A stretch of DNA of 63,257 nucleotides, counting the filler, from Globobulimina sp. (lineage: Eukaryota), in the NCBI GenBank assembly GCA_003354225.1. It is 50 parts of 50 records of this genome, joined end to end, with 100 filler letters (N's around TTAATTAATTAA, not from the genome) between each part and the next. Parts side by side here need not be neighbours in the genome. Positions count along the whole stretch, not along the records: positions 60,826 to 61,991 come from PIVH01021873.1; positions 62,092 to 63,257 come from PIVH01021874.1; 48 more parts are not named here. The stretch is one strand, 5' to 3'. The notes below the pieces were generated by a model, which searched no databases, was not told the DNA's origin, and worked only from the letters and a program-made list of their open reading frames with translations. A program made the position numbers and the translations under genes. Positions 60,837 to 63,257 of the stretch are shown here, piece after piece (position 1 is the stretch's first letter; every line of letters begins with the position of its first letter).

Positions 60837-61900
60837 TTAAGAATGATAATATTTGTGATTAACACATGCGAACTCTCCATAACATTCGACCGATTCTCGT
60901 AATAAAAATGCAAAATTTGCCAATTCATAATGATATCGCATGACTTGGATCCATGACTCATATTTTGTAAAATTATTTTCATTTATTGAATATTTATATG
61001 ATTGGATTAATTTTCTTGCTACGTTGGCATAATTACAGTACAAAAATAATGAAATTAAATGGTTTAACTTAAAAACTTCGTTATTATTCACAGTGTATAG
61101 CACATTATTTGAATGCAGCAAAGCTTTATATTTTTTAATTTGAATTGTATGAATTAGCACGTTTTCAATATAAAAAAATATCTTTTTCCATTGCCGGTTT
61201 GTAATATTTATAATTTTATTATTTAATATTTCTTGTTTTAAGTTTTCATACTTTTTATCGACAAACCAATGTCCAATTTCTAAGCCATTGTAAATATCTT
61301 CGATAAACCTTTTCTTTTGTCGATGAAAATAATGAAATCGTTTGCCAAAATTATGCGAAATATTGATATTTTCCACACAATACACACATGTCGTTAATAA
61401 TTGACATATCTCACTGTCACTCATTAGCGATAATTTATAGCCAGAAATGCCGCCATCTACAAATATGGATCGTAATTGAATATCATTTATATCATAATTG
61501 TACATACCATCCTCGCCATAATTATTTATATTTTGTCCATACTCTTCACATAAAATTACATAAATTAATTCTGTCAATTCCAATGAGGATAATCTCTCCA
61601 ATTTGTCCCTATTATTTACCAACAGTGAGGATCGTATCTCATTATATAATTTATGCAAAAAATCACATCCGATCTCAGCATTTGCAATATTTTTAAATCT
61701 ATTTTTAAATTTCTCTCTGTTCAGCTCATGCATCAAACATATTTGATCCATATTTGCTGCATTCAATTCATTTAATAACAATGCTAAGTCAGGTGCTGAT
61801 ATCTCATTATTTAAATCATTATTGCTCTGAATAACATTCTCTACAAAAGATATAAACTCTTTATTGCAGATCGTAGCGTCTTTCAAGTGTTTCTATTAAA
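60837..61900 (-). CDS. Large hypothetical protein exon ending in an ART-like domain start
   Basis: HLISLFLYCNY...LLRESVECYG...YYH resembles the helical lead-in and first strand of eukaryotic mono-ART domains (inference). Confidence 0.5.
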
Positions 61901-62091
61901 CCAAAAAAAAGAAACATTTTTATCATTTATATATAAAATGTTACTTAACAGCTATAATAGATTTAAAATCATAAAAGATCGGAGTGGTAATNNNNNNNNN
62001 NNNNNNNNNNNNNNNNNNNNNNNNNNNNNNNNNNNTTAATTAATTAANNNNNNNNNNNNNNNNNNNNNNNNNNNNNNNNNNNNNNNNNNNN

Positions 62092-62233
62092 CATTTACAA
62101 ATCCGGTGACACCGTTGCTTCCATCAAATTGAGCCACTGCCACAGAGCATAAATCTGGCTCGGAATGATGTTCATGTCTCGAACGAACAATCACAATAAC
62201 ACTTGCGATAAAACATAGGAATGAATGCATCAT
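62092..62233 (-). CDS. Secreted protein N-terminus, possibly Cu-SOD-like fold
   Basis: Signal peptide, then VAVAQFDGSNGVTGFV, which resembles the first strands of Cu/Zn-SOD. Confidence 0.4.
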
Positions 62234-62376
62234 ATTTTAAAAAAAACAATTGTAATATGTTGGTAGCTACTGGTGGCTAGATTTGATGGTAAAAGAGTAT
62301 AAGTGGAAGTTTTTAGTTTGGTTTTTTAAATTTAATTCCGCCAAATTTTTTACTAACATTATTCTCTCTGAAAAGC

Positions 62377-63257
62377 ATGTCTAACACTATGGATACAATT
62401 ACGTTTGTGGCCATAGGAACTAATATAATTATAGCAATCCCAATGATCCTTTGGCTCTGCACCTTTTACAGGTTGCGACATATTCAGGAAATATCCACAC
62501 GATTACCAAAAACATCAATATTGGCGGGAATATTATGTATTTTTGGTGTTTCCATTACTCATCCAGTAGTTTTGTTGAATTACAATATTTCCTTTATTCA
62601 AACATTTCCACATAGTATCACAATGGTATTCATTTTAATTATGATTTCTGATATTGGTCCTTATCATATATTTACATTCAGAGCATTTCTCATTTATTTT
62701 GATATAAAATGGAACAAAGCTATCGAAGATCAAAAATGTTGAGTTATTTTACTTAAACACAATAAAACTATTTACATTTTTAATATGCATGTAACCAAAC
62801 AAAAGGGCGATTATTTATTGACCCAAAAGAAACAAATTGGTTTTTAAAAAATCGCAATTTATGGGGAAACCAGAAACGAATCGCAATGTTGTTGTTTATG
62901 CATTGGCTTTTTTGGTTAGTAATTGGTATTATACTCACTTCGTTGAGTCATATTAATCATAGTCTTTACGGTCGAGTCATATTAATATTGGTTACATTAA
63001 TACCAACCTCAATCGATTGCATGTTATATTGTAAGTTCCCGAAATTTAATGACGTTTTCCATATTTCTGACGAAATTAAATTAACATTAAAAGCGGAGAT
63101 TGTGGAAATTTTAATATTTTATATTGTTGCTATTGCATTGAATGCGCAGCCTCCATCCTATCAATATATGGGTTTGCAATGTTTACCGGTTGTAATTAAT
63201 TTTATCTTTACGCTGATCATATTTCGATGGGTTTTCACAAAGTTTGGCTTACCGTCG
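62377..63257 (+). CDS. 7TM protein (7TM-RGS-like N-terminal region), 3' truncated; intron 62738-62805
   Basis: TM helices, RLP, FRAFLIYFDIKWN. Splicing gives QKW|RLFIDPKETNWFLKNRNLWGN, and later NDVFHISDEIK. Confidence 0.75.

Overview
This window is not a contiguous locus. It is 50 unrelated short contigs sorted by decreasing length (19 x 1168, 19 x 1167, 12 x 1166 bp), each joined by an artificial 100-nt spacer (N44-TTAATTAATTAA-N44, stops in all six frames), so neighbouring contigs have no biological linkage. Most contigs are AT-rich nuclear DNA from a eukaryote that uses the standard code and has short GT-AG introns of about 50-200 nt. The gene families (7TM-RGS, SAM, kelch-like, PT-rich surface proteins, PPR, RPEL, ART-like) suggest a foraminiferan or other rhizarian; this assignment is inference. 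Recognisable partial genes include PCCB, mitochondrial ATP synthase beta, UNC-45, copine, MATE, MBOAT acyltransferase, purple acid phosphatase, PARP, Zn-macrodomain, CRAL-TRIO, amidohydrolase-3, SPX and a fimbrin-type CH domain. Mobile DNA is diverse: a KDZ transposase, a DIRS-type element, a probable Sola-like transposase, an RNase H-ending retroelement 3' end with a structured tail, MITEs and a tRNA-like SINE head. At least three contigs join host sequence to phage, viral or bacterial DNA, two of them in frame; these are amplification chimeras or genuine insertions. The best leads are the RanBD-RING-RanBD protein, plant-like PLS-type PPRs, the ADP-ribosylation set, the structured RNA beside the RNase H, hairpin or palindrome-filled introns, and the foreign-DNA junctions. 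No single complete novel system can be shown from fragments this short.
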